Source of the DNA: Chrysomallon squamiferum | Taxonomy: Eukaryota; Animalia; Mollusca | NCBI GenBank assembly: GCA_012295275.1 | Contig: CM022673.1 | Coordinates: forward strand, 9,114,001 to 9,178,000 | DNA length: 64,000 nt | Direction of reading: 5' to 3' | Shown: positions 15,064 to 30,206 of the stretch, piece after piece | Position numbering within the stretch: position 1 is the first letter of the stretch | Layout: each line of letters starts with the position of its first letter | Notes under the pieces: generated by a model | The model's database searches: none | Told to the model about the DNA's origin: nothing | The model's input: only the letters and a program-made list of their open reading frames with translations | Made by a program: the position numbers and the translations under genes

Positions 15064-15437
15064 GAAATCAACAACATTAATATACATAGGAAAGCTACTC
15101 AAAAAGCAGCGAGGGAAGAAAGAAATGCTACAAGGGAGATAACCACAAAATACTGGCACAAAAACAGGAGTTATCGCCTTTAGAGTGAAACAACAAATAA
15201 AATACCAGACGAGCAGCAGTCACGCAATAGATCTGACATAAATCTAAATTTAAAGGAATGTCACTGATATATGCAAAGTTTCTAGTTCAAAATTACAGTT
15301 ATTTGCGCTAGGCATGTTAGAGAAACTAAGGAAATATTTTCAGTTTTACACCATTTAGTTTTAAACCTACATAATTATATATTCCTAATTTCCCTTTTTC
15401 TTTCAGATGTGCACCTCTTTTTCAGATTTTCGTCGCT

Positions 15438-15469
<32 letters not shown>

Positions 15470-15593
15470 ACACAGACATATGTGTGTGTGTGTGTGTGTG
15501 TATGTGTGTGTATATATATATATATATATAGCAAGTATACAAGAACATACATAGAAAAGATTCATTTTGTGCCATTCTACGAGACAGACAGAC

Positions 15594-15685
<92 letters not shown>

Positions 15686-16571
15686 AAGTAGAGAAAAATA
15701 ATTGATGCCACACAGAAACAGAGACAAAGGAGAAATATGTGGACTGATATAGACTGAAAGCGAGAGGGAAAGAAAGGATGAATGAGAGAGATAAAAATAT
15801 ACGAGACACAGATATACAGAGGGAAAGAGGCAAAAGAAACGGATGAAGAGAAAAAGAAAGACACATAGAGAGAAGCAGAGACAGACAGACATTGCATCAG
15901 AGATTCAGTTTAAAGCTGTTGTTTTAGCAGACATATTAAAAACAACAAGGTTTAATATAATGTATATCGTTTATTCAGATAATACGACCCTTTTCCTGAG
16001 GTCATTACAGGTGTAATAATATAGGCACTCAAGCGTGAACATTTGCTTTTAAAAACAAATTTTAAAATAAAATTTTATGTGAAAAAGTCTTTATTATCAG
16101 CTGCAGCTTTTCGTTTTGTTTTTGTTTTATGATTGGGGAAATTTGTTCTCCACGCTCCTAAATCTGAAAATATAATTAAAAAAATTGTTTAAGAAAGAGT
16201 TTTATGGTATTTTTAAAGATTTCATGAAAATAACAGTTATTAAGAAGAATTGTGAACATAAAGAAAGACAATTTTTTTTTTTTATCAATAACATTTTGAG
16301 AAAATATTTATAAAATAAAGAGAGCTTGAAAACCAGATGATTATAGAGAAGAAGAAACACAAACCCAGAAAGAGTGATAGAGAGAAAAAAAAAAAGAAAG
16401 AAACAGACAATAATAAAAAGAAAAAATAGAAAAAATAATGAAAGAAAGAAAAAGTAAGAATGACGGAGTCAACACAATGAAAGTGAGAGACAGAAAGAGA
16501 AAAGAAAGAAAGAAAGAGTAATATGTATTGTGACACAGAGACAAATGGAGAGATAGACACTGATTATGAGG

Positions 16572-16674
<103 letters not shown>

Positions 16675-16792
16675 TGACAGACAGAATGTCGAGTCTATCG
16701 TTGATGAATTCAAAGATGGCTAGATGACTGGATAGAGAGATGAAACTGTGGAATGACGAACAGTTGATAAATAAATTACAAAGTGAATCTTG

Positions 16793-17042
16793 TTACTGCC
16801 CCTCGACTTCTTCCCTCGCTTTCTCTAGCACTCTGCTGACCAGCATGGCTCGCTCTGCGTCTGTGAGGTTTTCAGGATTTTCTGGAATAAGACCGCTCCT
16901 TTTCCGCTTACCACTACAAACATTTGACAAAATATGCTGTTTTAAATATATCTCCACGAAATAAAAGAAAAACGAACAATCAGGCAGGAAAATTATCATT
17001 TAACATGATGGAAATGGTAATTGTTAGATTGTTTTAAATTAC

Positions 17043-17083
<41 letters not shown>

Positions 17084-18925
17084 TAAATAAGAAGAGTGTT
17101 TTTTTAAAATCAATATAATTATACCTCTACATTAATAGCAAACATTGTTTTGTTTGTGTGCATGTCTGTGTTTAGCAAAGCTAAATTAATTTATTCGTAA
17201 ATAAATCTGTACATTCTTTTACACATATCGATTATGATAACAGGAATCACATTTATAACAGACACTGATATACACGTACTATATACATTCATCCCTAAAG
17301 GGACATGCAACACAGACTGATAGACAGACAGACGGTCGTGCATTTCATTGAGACAAAATGCAAACAAAACCGTCAAAATATGTGAACAACTAACGAAAAT
17401 ACAAACTGACAGACAAACGGAGAATTAAAGACAAACTACATATATATACATATGTATATATATTTATACAGGTACGTACATAGATATATATAGATATACA
17501 TTATACAGATTTACAAACATTTATTTACACAGTTAAGAAACAACAAACGCCAAAAATACATACAGCCGTGGAACACCACATTAGTGATTAATACGTACAC
17601 ACTTACCTTGTCTACGAATATTATCAGCTTACTAACGAAATACAAATAATGTTATTAAATGAATAGATATTTAATTAATCAAACATGAAAACATGTTTTT
17701 CCATTGGATGGGTTCAAATAAAAAACACATTACGTCAGACTGTGTTAGTCTGTGGGTTATGTTTTATAAAATCTGTTACAGTCGATGTTTAAAAATCTTT
17801 CTGTCTTCGAATGCACTTTGACTAATTTACTCTAACAGTTTGGGGAGTGAATGAATAATTAATATCATTTATTATACTGTTTTATTTATTAATATATATA
17901 TATATTTATTTATTTTTATTTATTTTATTTTATTTTATTTTATTTTATTTTATTTTATTTTATTTTATTTTATTTTATTTTTTGACTGACTGAGTGAACT
18001 GTAATTTAATATAATTTTTATCTAATTTATTAGTCCAGTTAGGGAACGCTTTGTCGTGTGTTTGCAATCATCCAAATAAAAAATAAATTTTAAATTTAAA
18101 AAAAAAAATTAATCTTTCGGAAAAAAAAAAATAAAACCAAAATCTCAACTCCGATCAACTCCGTAGGGCGCCGATGTCAAAAGAGCCAATAATTTGAGGC
18201 CAGTGGCTCCGCCCATTATTCAGAAACTAACACAGCGTGGACCGCAGAATCTTGTAACACGGTCCAGCGCTTTAACCACTAAAACTATTTCTCATATATT
18301 TTTCCCCAACAGTTATAAAGGTTATTCACTCCTTTTACCTGACTACGTAAGACCGAAGAAGCTAATAACAGTAACGGAAACCTGCTAAACAGAGTTAAAT
18401 AAGCAATATTTCAAAGGTTAATTTACCTGAAACTCGTTAGTGGCAGATTCAAAATCGCTTTCATTAACTGAAATGATATCGTGTACGTACATCATGTCTT
18501 GTTTTCATTTCTTCTCATATCGTTTACATAACGGTAAGTGCCATTTAAGAAAAACCGCTAACGGGGGGCCATTAGAATATTACGTTTGTAATAAAATATG
18601 ATGTAGACACAGAAACATGGATTAACAACAATGGATCGGCTGTATGAAAAGACGGGAAAGAAACATTAACAGACATTAACGCTTTGTATTCTCCGTGGAC
18701 AATGCCCTACAAACACAATGGCAACACGCCATTGTTTGTATATTCTCATAGGTTACCTCATAATAATATAGAGAAATATTTTATGACGATGAAAAAAAAA
18801 AAAGAAAAAAAAAAAAGAGAGATAACCGGCAGATAGAGAGATTGATAAATACTCATGGATATAGAGAAATAGGTAACAAATATTTTGAAGATTAGACCAA
18901 CGAACAGATTTACAGACAGTCTGAT

Positions 18926-18972
<47 letters not shown>

Positions 18973-20650
18973 CATACATACATACATACATACATAGATA
19001 CATATATTCAGACAGACAGACTGACAGACAGATAGATAGATAGATAGATAGACAGATAGATAAATAGATAGATAGACAGACAGACAGAGAGACAGACAAA
19101 CAGATAGTCAGTGAAAACAAGCAATTATAACTTGCTAAACACATGACTCAGTCTTCATTCTGTAACACATACAGAGGTCAGAAAAAAATATCTTTATACG
19201 AAAGATGTATCCAACGGGAAAATTATGTAAACTGAAAACTGCAGCAACAAAGAGATTACTACGTACATTTTAAGAGGATCGAGGAGACCATGTGCTACTG
19301 AACCTCCACTATGTGCCAGAGCTAACAGAGCCTTTAATTCTGAAATTCGTACATCTGCGATCCTTTTCGATCTAAAACATCGTCATAAAATAATAAGAAA
19401 ACATGTTAAATTGTTATTATGCATGCATCGTGCCAACTTCATGCTGCAGTACGTTGTGTTGAAGAGAAAAGTGTTAATATGCAGATTTGGAATTTCTATG
19501 CATATGCATATATATATAAAGAATTGGAATTTCTATGATTCCACATCAATTTTCTATTATTCCAGAAGATTATTCCATAAGTAAATAACAATACGTGCAA
19601 AATGCTACAACTCTTTTCTCTTCAAACGGTGTGTAATGTTACATCTATTCAGATTTGTCAGGATCTGCACAGAACACGTCTCCGATAGTGCACAAGATGC
19701 AACATGGACTAAAACCGATCAAACCGCTGGACAGACCTCGCAACGACGTCTACCACGCCACAGGCGATGGTAGCACAGCCACGATGTGGTATTCTACCAC
19801 CCAGAGCAATCCAAGCCAAATATTCCGCTGCTTGAACATCTGCAGTCTGCCGCTTTGCTCTGTAAACAAATCAGTGTTAGATCATGTAATTCTATAAACA
19901 GATATCTAGTCGTAAATAGCACAGACAGATATAATTCTACAGGATGTCTCAAACATATTTATATTATAATTCTGCAAACAGATATTGTAAACAGGTATCC
20001 AGTCACAAGTAACACTGATAGGTATAAGTCTACAAGATGTCTGAAAAAAAAAAAAATTCTGTAAACAGGTATTTTAGTCATAAATAGCAATGATAGATAT
20101 AATTCTACAGGATGTCTCGAAAATATAATATAATTTTGTTAACAAGTATCCAATATAAATAGCATAATTCTATGTGGTGTCTCAAAAATCTTCATAATAT
20201 AATTCTGTAAAAAAAAAAAAAAAAAGAAGATATTCCGAATTAAAATAGCACTGTAGATATCATTCTAATTATTGTCTAAAAATATTTATAATATAATTCT
20301 CAAAACAGACATCCAGTCATAAATATCACTGATAGATATGTCTACTGGGCGTCTCAAAAATATTTATAAACTCTTGAATTTATTACAGGAATTCGTCATG
20401 TGCGTATTCATGATGTGAAAACAAATTCTGTGTGTGTATGATCATACTGACACAATTACATACCTAGTACAGTTAGATATACAATTATATGCACTCACAC
20501 AAATGTAATAGAGATATATCATGCATAGCATTCTTAATATTAATTTGTAAGCACACGCACAGAGACCCACCGCTGTTAAATATAATTCTATACATAACAG
20601 CAGAAATGCACACACTCAAATAGCATTCTGAGGTATGATTCTCAGAACCC

Positions 20651-20689
<39 letters not shown>

Positions 20690-21032
20690 ACACAATAACG
20701 CACGCATACATACACAACCTTGTTAAACATAGTTTTACAAACATCAGTTAATATCCACACACGCAAAGTGTACATATTTACACACGCGTGTACATGCACT
20801 CTTTAAAGAAGATATACATACAAAAAATTCATATATATATTGACAGAAGTATTCACACACACACACACACACACAATCACTTGTGTATTATTTATATGTG
20901 CACATAGCATATACACATCTAGAACGAAAGAAAGAAAGAAAGATGGATAAACAGATACATAAATAAGTAATTAGATAGAGACACACAGGCAGGCAAACAC
21001 GCATATAAATAGATAGATAGAGAGATAGATAC

Positions 21033-21101
<69 letters not shown>

Positions 21102-21424
21102 CAGATAGATAGACAGATAGATAGACAGACATACAGAATATAAATAGACTGACTGGCAGAGAGAACCAAGAAGAGAAAGATAATGAAAGAAAGCAGCGTA
21201 TTAATGTGAATATTTAACAAATGTATCGTATATATATATATTATAATATAAGCGTTATATTTCTTTGTTCTTGAGAAAGATTCTACCACAATGTCCTTGC
21301 AGTGTAATAGTTATCCAGATTAGTGTTACCTGCTTCCAAGATATGGCAAGTAACTGGCTTGAGTGACAGTGGCTAGTAATACTGACATCATCAACACCAT
21401 CCCCGACATCTGAAGCTTGTTCAT
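16793..21424 (-). CDS. Neuropeptide precursor A (112 aa), invertebrate PTH-like/PXXXamide-like; coding exons 21424-21330, 19859-19737, 16913-16793
   Basis: GT-AG introns with consistent phases (2,2). Product: [112 protein letters not shown]. It has a signal peptide, KR site, N-terminal Gln and a Gly+basic amidation signal. Confirmed by the paralog at 39446-41375. The family name is from recalled motif similarity, not a search. Confidence 0.9.
19888..20368. repeat. Intronic minisatellite, about six degenerate copies of a ~75-90 bp unit
   Basis: Unit approximately aattctgtaaacagrtatccagtcataaatagcactgatagatataattctacaggatgtctcaaaaatatttataatat, starting near 19888, 19968, 20055, 20131, 20201 and 20295. 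Confidence 0.85.
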
Positions 21425-21463
21425 TGTGGTCCTATAAAAACAAACAGGATAACTTAGACAGAA

Positions 21464-21604
<141 letters not shown>

Positions 21605-23219
21605 TTGAAATTTACTAAATAAATATATAATCAAGAAAATATTCGTAGTGATGATAATGATAATATGATGATAACAACGATAATGATAAAAGTTGTCAAA
21701 ATAACGGTAATATAAAGAACATGGACAATAACAAAGTCTCTGCAACAACGATAATAACCACAACAACAACAACAATAACATTAAAATAATAATAATAACA
21801 ACACAAAACAAGAAGTAAACGAAAAGTTGAAAGGTGAATTACACAGCAACAAAAGCCGCAATAAAAATAACCTGAAACAACGGAGAGAGCGGTCAATAAA
21901 TGGTGGAAGTGGGTATCAGTAATAAATGAAAGGAAAACAATTAAGAGTACGTATTACAAGTTCAGAAGGGGATCTGCCATTGAGTTTTAATCGTTATGGT
22001 TACACTTGCTTGAATGTGATGGTAAAAGAGTGAAATCACACAAGGTAAGTTAGAAATAGGAGGTCGACAGTTCACATTGCAGCTACACGCAGTGAAACAG
22101 TGTTTACATCATTTCTTGTTAATTAATTAGTCTCTCTCTCTCTCTTTTCTCTTTCTCTTTCTCTCTCTCTCTCTCACTGTCTGTCTTTACACTGAAGCTG
22201 ACATTTTTCATTGTTAGACATGATATCTAAAATGGTGTTCAGTTTATTTCTTATTAATTATAAAATATATGAATGAAAGAACTAATACGTCTTGAATGAC
22301 ACGTAAGCTACAGAATGGGTTATTACTTGACAGACCTAATTAGGACATTTGTTCTTATCACACTGAGAAATTAAATTCACATAACCATGTTGTAGAGAGC
22401 CTATGCCACGACCACTGAAACAACGAATATTAAGCAAAGAATTTTGTAAAATGTTGATGTCGTATGAACAAACGAAAATAATTTAATAAAAGATTAATGA
22501 CATATATTCCAGGTATAGTAAATGGCGAAAATCACGGATATGAAGACTGAAGAATGCATATAAGAGATCTTGCTGCAGAAAGTGTAGACAACCAATACAA
22601 AGGTGTACTTTAACTCGCCACGAAGAAGACAACGGAATTCGATACGTGCGTCTGGAATCTTTGTAAAATTAGAATCCGTATTAAGAACTGGATAAACACT
22701 GGTTGTCAGACGAACTCTTCCAGTGTGTCCGGTTTACGTGACTTCAAGATCTTCTTGAAACTGGCTATAGCTTTATCCAGTGATTGAACTATATAATGTT
22801 GTTGTTTTTGTTGTTGATGTTGTTGTTGTTGTTGTTGTTTAATTTAAGCCTTCTGCCTGTTTTTTCCTTTTCAAACAACACACCTCGAGATGTCATTGTG
22901 ATTTTTGACCATTCCAACCACTCTTTAAGAGACTCGTCATCTTTTTTGTCCTACTCCAACCTGTCTTTAAGAGCCTTTATCGTGATTTCCCTCACCATAT
23001 GTTTTCTGTATAAAACTTCCTATCCTACTAAAGGCTTGAAAAGCCTTCGCCCTACTTTTTCCCATTCCAACCAGTCTGTGAGAGCTTTCTTCATTATATT
23101 CCATCAGTGGTAATTTTTTTCTTCTTATCCTAGCCAGTATTAATGAGCCTATGGCTTTTAAGTGTTAACTTAAATAAAAACAACACTAATTGCAACAACA
23201 ACTATATTTACAACTAAGC

Positions 23220-23267
<48 letters not shown>

Positions 23268-25116
23268 CTATCTTAATAATACCGAATACAATTTTCATTT
23301 AATCTTTCCATTACGCAAAGTTTTAAACATGTTTTTCTTCATCTTCTTTTATTGCTTTTTGCGCAGTAAATTATAATTAATCTCTGTGTTATAAATCTGC
23401 CGGTTTTCAGCCAGGTTACTAAATAACGTGTTATTTGCCAACCGTTTTTAGTTTGCAATCAGTTCACCATGCTTGACTCATAAAACTATCAATTTGTGTT
23501 TTACAATGCAAAATGGGATTTGCGTCTTTAGATACAGGGAACCATGCCACAAAATATCCACACATACACACACACACAAAAAAAAATACTATAATTAGTT
23601 AATGTATATTATTATTATGAAGATAATGCCCATGTCAAACTTCACAGAACAGTTCTCTGAATGTAACATCCTCCAAGTTATTGGCGTGTATAAATTCCTT
23701 TTTTTTTGTTTTTTTTTTTTTTTTCATAAATCTATTTTGTTCACGTTAAGCGTACTTGTAGATTTTTTTCTGAGACACATGCAGGCGACATATTTCTCAA
23801 ACAAATAGTATTGTAATAAAAACTGTAACGAAATAAAATTTATGAATCGCCGTAAAACTTATGTTTTGTATTTTCAGTTCCAGACAAAATGTCCATGTAA
23901 AGGGTTATCAAATTTCATTATGACGTGTATTATATTGTCTAAGGGACGTGCATATAAAAATATAGTTCACTAACTTAGTCCACTGATGATGACAACAGTT
24001 TTTTTTTTTTTCTTTGATTCTACCACACTTATACCGTAACAGAAAAAACCCCCAATAATAACAAACAAACAAACAATAATAACAAACAAACCAACAAAAC
24101 GAATAACAACCAAACAAACAAAACGAATAACAACCAAACAAACAAACAAACAAAAAACTAAAAAAAGAAAAAAAGGATTGACACATTTTAGCAATGAAGT
24201 CTTTATATATTAATAATACGTATTTGTTCCAATGATTAGAAAGTAAAACCATCAGAAACTTTGCAAAGGCCTCTATCACTGTTATACACAGCGTTTTAAA
24301 TTTTATATTTAATGTGAAAATCATGGAATTTTCTCTAGACTGGCAGTTGAAAATCTCTTGTTATATACGGACTCTGCTGCCATCCCAAGATTTAAAACCC
24401 AGACCCTACAATAATTTCGAACACGTAACTTTTCCCGTGTCACCTGCATCCCTTTTTAATTTGGATTCAGCATACTTTAAAATCTTGTCAGATTTTACCA
24501 AAATTTGTCACGTGTCCGCTCTACTACTGTACGATGTTTAGTTGAAACATATTTATCACTGTCTGTAAGTTTAACTGAACGATAAATTTGTCCATTATCC
24601 AGGCAGTTGGCTGAAAACCCGATCCGGTAAAAACAATCTATAATGGATGGCTGTGCTTGGTTCAGTTGGCTCAGATACGCTCATGGTAAATCTTTGAACT
24701 CATTAAAGGGTATATGACAGGATGGATGTTTGGATAAATCCGTGGGTGGATGACAGAACGAAAATATTAAACCTTTGTTGTATAACTGGGATGTATAAAT
24801 AGATTAATGAATATGGAACGAAAATATGGCAAGCGTTTTGGAGACGAAGAATGAATAAATGAATGAATAAATATATAAATAATAAAAAAATAAAATATGT
24901 TTTAAAATAAAGATTTATGTTTTCTGCTAGTTCTGACAAGTTAAGGTAATATAAATAAATATATTTTAACCGAAAACGTAAAATATGAATTACTATATTC
25001 ATAATGATGTCCTTCTGAACAATGTATTGGCTGAACAAAATTGTAAATATGAAAATAGCCCAAGGTATGTGCACTGGTGCGTGAGTCTGTCTCTGTGTGT
25101 GTGTGTGTGTGTGTGT

Positions 25117-25202
<86 letters not shown>

Positions 25203-25592
25203 AGTGTGTGTGTGTGAGTGTGTGTATTTACGTACATATGCATATGTGCAGATATGTTGAATGTTCCTGTTTTAAGCCAAATAACGGAAAGTACATTATT
25301 TTCAAGCTGCTTATGACAAAATTTCATAAAATTTCAATAATCATGGAGAGTAAACCTTAATGTAAAATATACTATTCAGCATCATTGTTTCCATCAAATT
25401 TCATTTCAGCCGAAACTAAAATATTTTATCATAGCCCCAAGGGACGAAACATGATATTTAGAATAAAATAGCAGAGGAAGATATAAGTAAAGAAAGAAAG
25501 AAAGAAAGAAAGATAGAAAGAAAAAAAGAAAAGAAAGAAACAAAGAATGAATGAAAAAGAAATAAAAGAAAAAGAAGCTAGTAAGAAAGAAG

Positions 25593-25626
<34 letters not shown>

Positions 25627-25821
25627 AGCAACCATGAAAGAAACACGCACATGCATGCCTGTAATACTGACAGAATATTTAGAGTTTAAAACAGAATTAG
25701 CCATTTATGACTGAATAAACTTAAACAAAAAATAAAATAACAGAAAGAAATAATTAAATAAAAAATATACTAAAAAAAAAAAAAAGTATTGTGAATTGAA
25801 AAATAAATAAAAGTCACTTAC

Positions 25822-25971
25822 TTTGTTTTTTCTGAAATCCTATTCTTATTGTTGCGGTCTTTGATTCTAGTGGACAAATTATATGGTTATCGCCCTTTTT
25901 ATATTCTTTCGAACGATAACCAATTTCCGGGTAACGGCGTGGGTGTTCTCTTGCATTAAACCAATCAGAAA
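25822..25971 (-). promoter_or_regulatory. Promoter and non-coding first exon of precursor A
   Basis: Minus strand: tttctgattggttta (inverted CCAAT, 25971-25957), TATAAAAA (25903-25896), then a short exon ending at a gtaagt donor (25821). Same order and motifs as 35247-35403. Confidence 0.7.
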
Positions 25972-28900
25972 CGCGGATACTCGATATAATTTATTATATG
26001 CGTTTCAAATCCTTTGCTGTGACACCCAAAGATTTCGAAATAATTAATGCAAAAATCAAAGAGATAGTAAATTCAGCCGTACTTGCACGGAGAAAAATCG
26101 CGTTCGCGTTGACACAAATAGCGAAATTACGTTTCCGGTCACTGCCCGTCTCGTATTGACTGCGTTACTGACAACGAAAGAATCATATTTGTTTACTGAT
26201 TAGTTGCCAGCATTAAGCAAATTGTCATATCACCTCTGTTTTTGTGCTGTCGTAACGACCGCTGTTAATGTGTGTTCTATTGGTTATATTTCAGATGTTT
26301 GCGAAATATAATTTCCTGAGGAGTAACTAATAATTTTCATTACGTTGTTCAGACAGCGTGTGCCAATGATTTGTCATCGTGTCGTCTCGTCAGTGTAACA
26401 AAATAAGTCAACAAAAAACAGACGTAGAAGTATACTGACATAAACTGTTCTTCTCATGATTATTATTACTGTTTTCTTTATTTCGGTATTATTGAAAACT
26501 GTTTTGTAAAATAGAATTTAGTGTTTTGTTTACTTGAATAATAATCACTTCTATATATATATGTAAGGTATAATATTAGACATCGTTTAGTTATAAATAT
26601 TTGTTGTGCTTAAGAATGACTAAATATGATTATCAGAAGAAGAAAAAAACCAAAGGGAAAAAAATTAACAAAACATAGACCATTTTAAAGTTATTTATTT
26701 ATTTACTGATGTTGTTTTGTTGCTGTTGTTGTTTTGTTGTTGTTGTTGTTGTTTTTTATTGATATTTCTTAATATATTTACACAAAGAACATTAGATTGA
26801 AAGATAGAAAGAAAATAAAACAGTATAATAAACAAAAAACAAAAAATAAACAGTTTGACAGTTTCGTTAGTATGATGAAATAACCAAAGAGGAAAAAAAT
26901 TGAAATAGCAAGTTTGAGAAAAATTAATTTATTTTATTATTAGAATATGCTTAGTACTGATAAAAAGAAAAACAGAAAGAATGGAGAAGAGAAGAAAAGA
27001 AAAAAAATGATTTTAAAAGATATAATAGTTGGAACTATTTATTCTTTTTTATCACACACACACGCACGCACACATACACACACATAAATAAGAGTGTATA
27101 TACAACAAAAAAGAATGTATGTATAATAAAAAATAAAACAAATAGTAAAATAAAATTAAAAACATTTAAAAAATTATTAAAAATGAGTCCAGTCACACAA
27201 AAAATGTAGTCTAGAAGTAGCATTTGTTATTTTTAAATTACTGGAACAGAAAAACTGAGGTGAAAGAATACAATTATAGCAAAAATTATTTTTAAGTTAA
27301 CTGCTGTTAATCGTCTTTTCTTTCTTTTAAAACTTTTATTATATAAAAAAATATTAAATAATACAAATTAAATACTAATATTTACTATCACTCTTTTTCT
27401 CTGACAGAGAGTCTGAGTCTGTTTCTTTGTGTCTCTTTCATTCTCGCACTCTGTGACTCTCTCTCTCTCTCTCTCTTTCTTTCTACCATGCCCATATTTT
27501 TTTTTTTTTTTTTCTCAAATAAATTAGCTTGTCTCGTCTTCTGTTGTTTTGCCTGAATCAGACAATCTGGCGTTTATGTACATCCTTTCATCACGACACC
27601 GCATTCATTCTAATTTGATTCAAGAGTGTGACGTCATACCGACCATTCTAACAGCAGTTTATGAAGACAAACTGCTATTTTCTGCTGTGCACGTAAACAC
27701 CCCATCTCCTACCCAAGACGTAAACTTACTTAGCAGTAGGATGTCTGTATAGCTTTTTAAACTGTTGTCTTCCAAATGGAGACAAACGTATAGCTGCTTG
27801 AGTGCTAGGTGGAAAGCCTGCAAACCGCAGCATCACGAACTTTGTGGCAAATCTTTGAATCGTGTGCCATCCATCATTGTCAGCTTGGTAGTAATAATAA
27901 CTGAAAGAAAATATATCTTTTAATGAAACGGAGATGTCTAGGTGGAAGGCTCTCGTGTTTGTGGATTATCAGAAACCTTAGGGAAGAGCTGAAGGGTGTG
28001 GTTTGTTAGATGCCTCAGGGAATTGCTGAAATGTTTTTTTTTTAATTATTATTATTGTTACTACTGCCACTGTCACCATTAAAGCGTACTGTTGTTGTTT
28101 CTTTTTTGTGTGTGTGTTTTGTTTTCTGTTCTTGTTGTTGTTTTGTTGTTGTTTTTTTAACTTAAATGATATTTGGGTTCATTAAATCATATATATTAAA
28201 TACAAACATTAACTGCTACTACAACTACTACTACAACTGTTGCTGCTGTTGCTGCTGCTGCTGCTGCTCCTGCTGCCACATCTACTACTACTATTAGTAC
28301 TATTATTAATACTTAATACGAACATATAATTTATATTTACATATGCAGCATGATGCTTTATTTTCACAACTTGTTTTGATTTATATATTTATTTATTTTG
28401 TTGTTGTTGTTGTTGTTTTTTGAGGAGGAGGTGCAGGAGGGGGTGTCTATGAGTGATTAACATAAGTTAAAAATAATGAATGTATAGCCTTAATTTCACT
28501 ACCATTTTATTATAGAGAGTGTCATCCTCATAAGTTTTTCTTGCAAACGTTCAGGTAGGAAGTGACCAAATTTCCCCGAGAAATGTGCACTGTGAAAGAA
28601 TTTTGGACATCCTTACTGGATTTTGTATTTTCTTCGAGATAGATATGCAAAATAAAATAAAATAAAATAAAAATAAAATAAAACAAAATAATATAAAATA
28701 AATAAAAATTAGAATATTTTATTCATATATTTGTAAAATCGCTCGTTTGAATCTTGTACTGATTAGAATCAAAAATGACCCGAAATCATCATCAGAGTAA
28801 AGTTTCTCTTTTCCTTAGCCAACTTTAAAATATCTTTAAAATGCATCTCTTGTTGTAGAGGTTATATTTTGAACTCTGGTTAAGCCAAATAAGAGTCATG

Positions 28901-29302
28901 GTTTACCAAAAATCTTCTTGTTTACATAATAAATAACATAACAAGACCAATCTGGAAAGCAGCCGCTCCGATTTGTACTTAGATCGTTTTGAAATTTGTT
29001 TAAAAGATAATTTTTCTTGGACAAATCAAATGTGACCAAATTTTTATTTGCAAGATAAGCCGAAACAACGTCTGAGTGTTAATTTTAGAAAACATGCTTT
29101 AAAAACGCGTCGAGTCTCAAGATAAAAATGTTCCCAGCACGATCGCCTCAGATTTATCTGCATAATTATGTCAGCGAGAGTTTCCTAGGCAACACTACTG
29201 AGCTCGACAAGAACAGTATTTCATGCGACTGATTGTACGTGTCAAAGTCTTGTGAAAATGTCTGAAACTGAACTTGGTTGTTAATTGTGCTTAATTGTCA
29301 GT

Positions 29303-29404
<102 letters not shown>

Positions 29405-30167
29405 TGTCTGTTTGTCTGTCCACAATTTTCTGTCTCTTTTTCTCTGACTCTCTCTCTATTTCTCTCTCTTTCTCTTTCTGTGTGTTTGAACCTCTTGAGG
29501 CGACAACGATAATGAGTATGACGATAGTAATAATAATATGATTATTACATTCATAATACTCAATAATTTCAAAGCAAAATTAGTGTGGATGCAAAGACTG
29601 TGAAACATAATGACTGACAACATCACATAAAGATATAATTAACACTGTTTCCTAACTTGTTTCTTATCATCATATCAAATTGTTAATACTCTGTATTCGG
29701 TATTAGCAGCTGTTACATGTAAGTATCTCATATAAGTAGTTATTAACTACATTACGTCTGTGCTGTTTAAAAGCCTAATGTTTTTATTGTGTTCTTTACA
29801 AAGTTTCAGGTGTATCTGTCGCATATGAACGAATATCCAACATTAATTTGGTGACTTTAAAATGATTTTTTTTATTATTATTATTTTGTTACTGGCGACC
29901 AATTTTTGTCAATAATAAAGTAACAAATACGGTTAGTTTTCAGAGCATTACTTTTCATTTATTTTATTTTATTTTATCTTAATTTATTTTATATTTTAAT
30001 TTAGTTTATTTTTATTGTGTTTTATTTTATTTTATCTTATTTATTTACTAATTTTATTTATTTATTTATTACATTTCTACTTACAAAAAGAAATAATTAC
30101 CGTCTTCCATGCATTATGAAAGATTTTTAAATTCTGTTGTTTTTAATGAACATTCGATATATAGAAC

Positions 30168-30206
<39 letters not shown>

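Noticed and set aside
19888-20368. Regularly spaced repeats as a possible CRISPR array
   Set aside because: Whole units are homologous with no unique spacers; intronic eukaryotic context; no cas genes.
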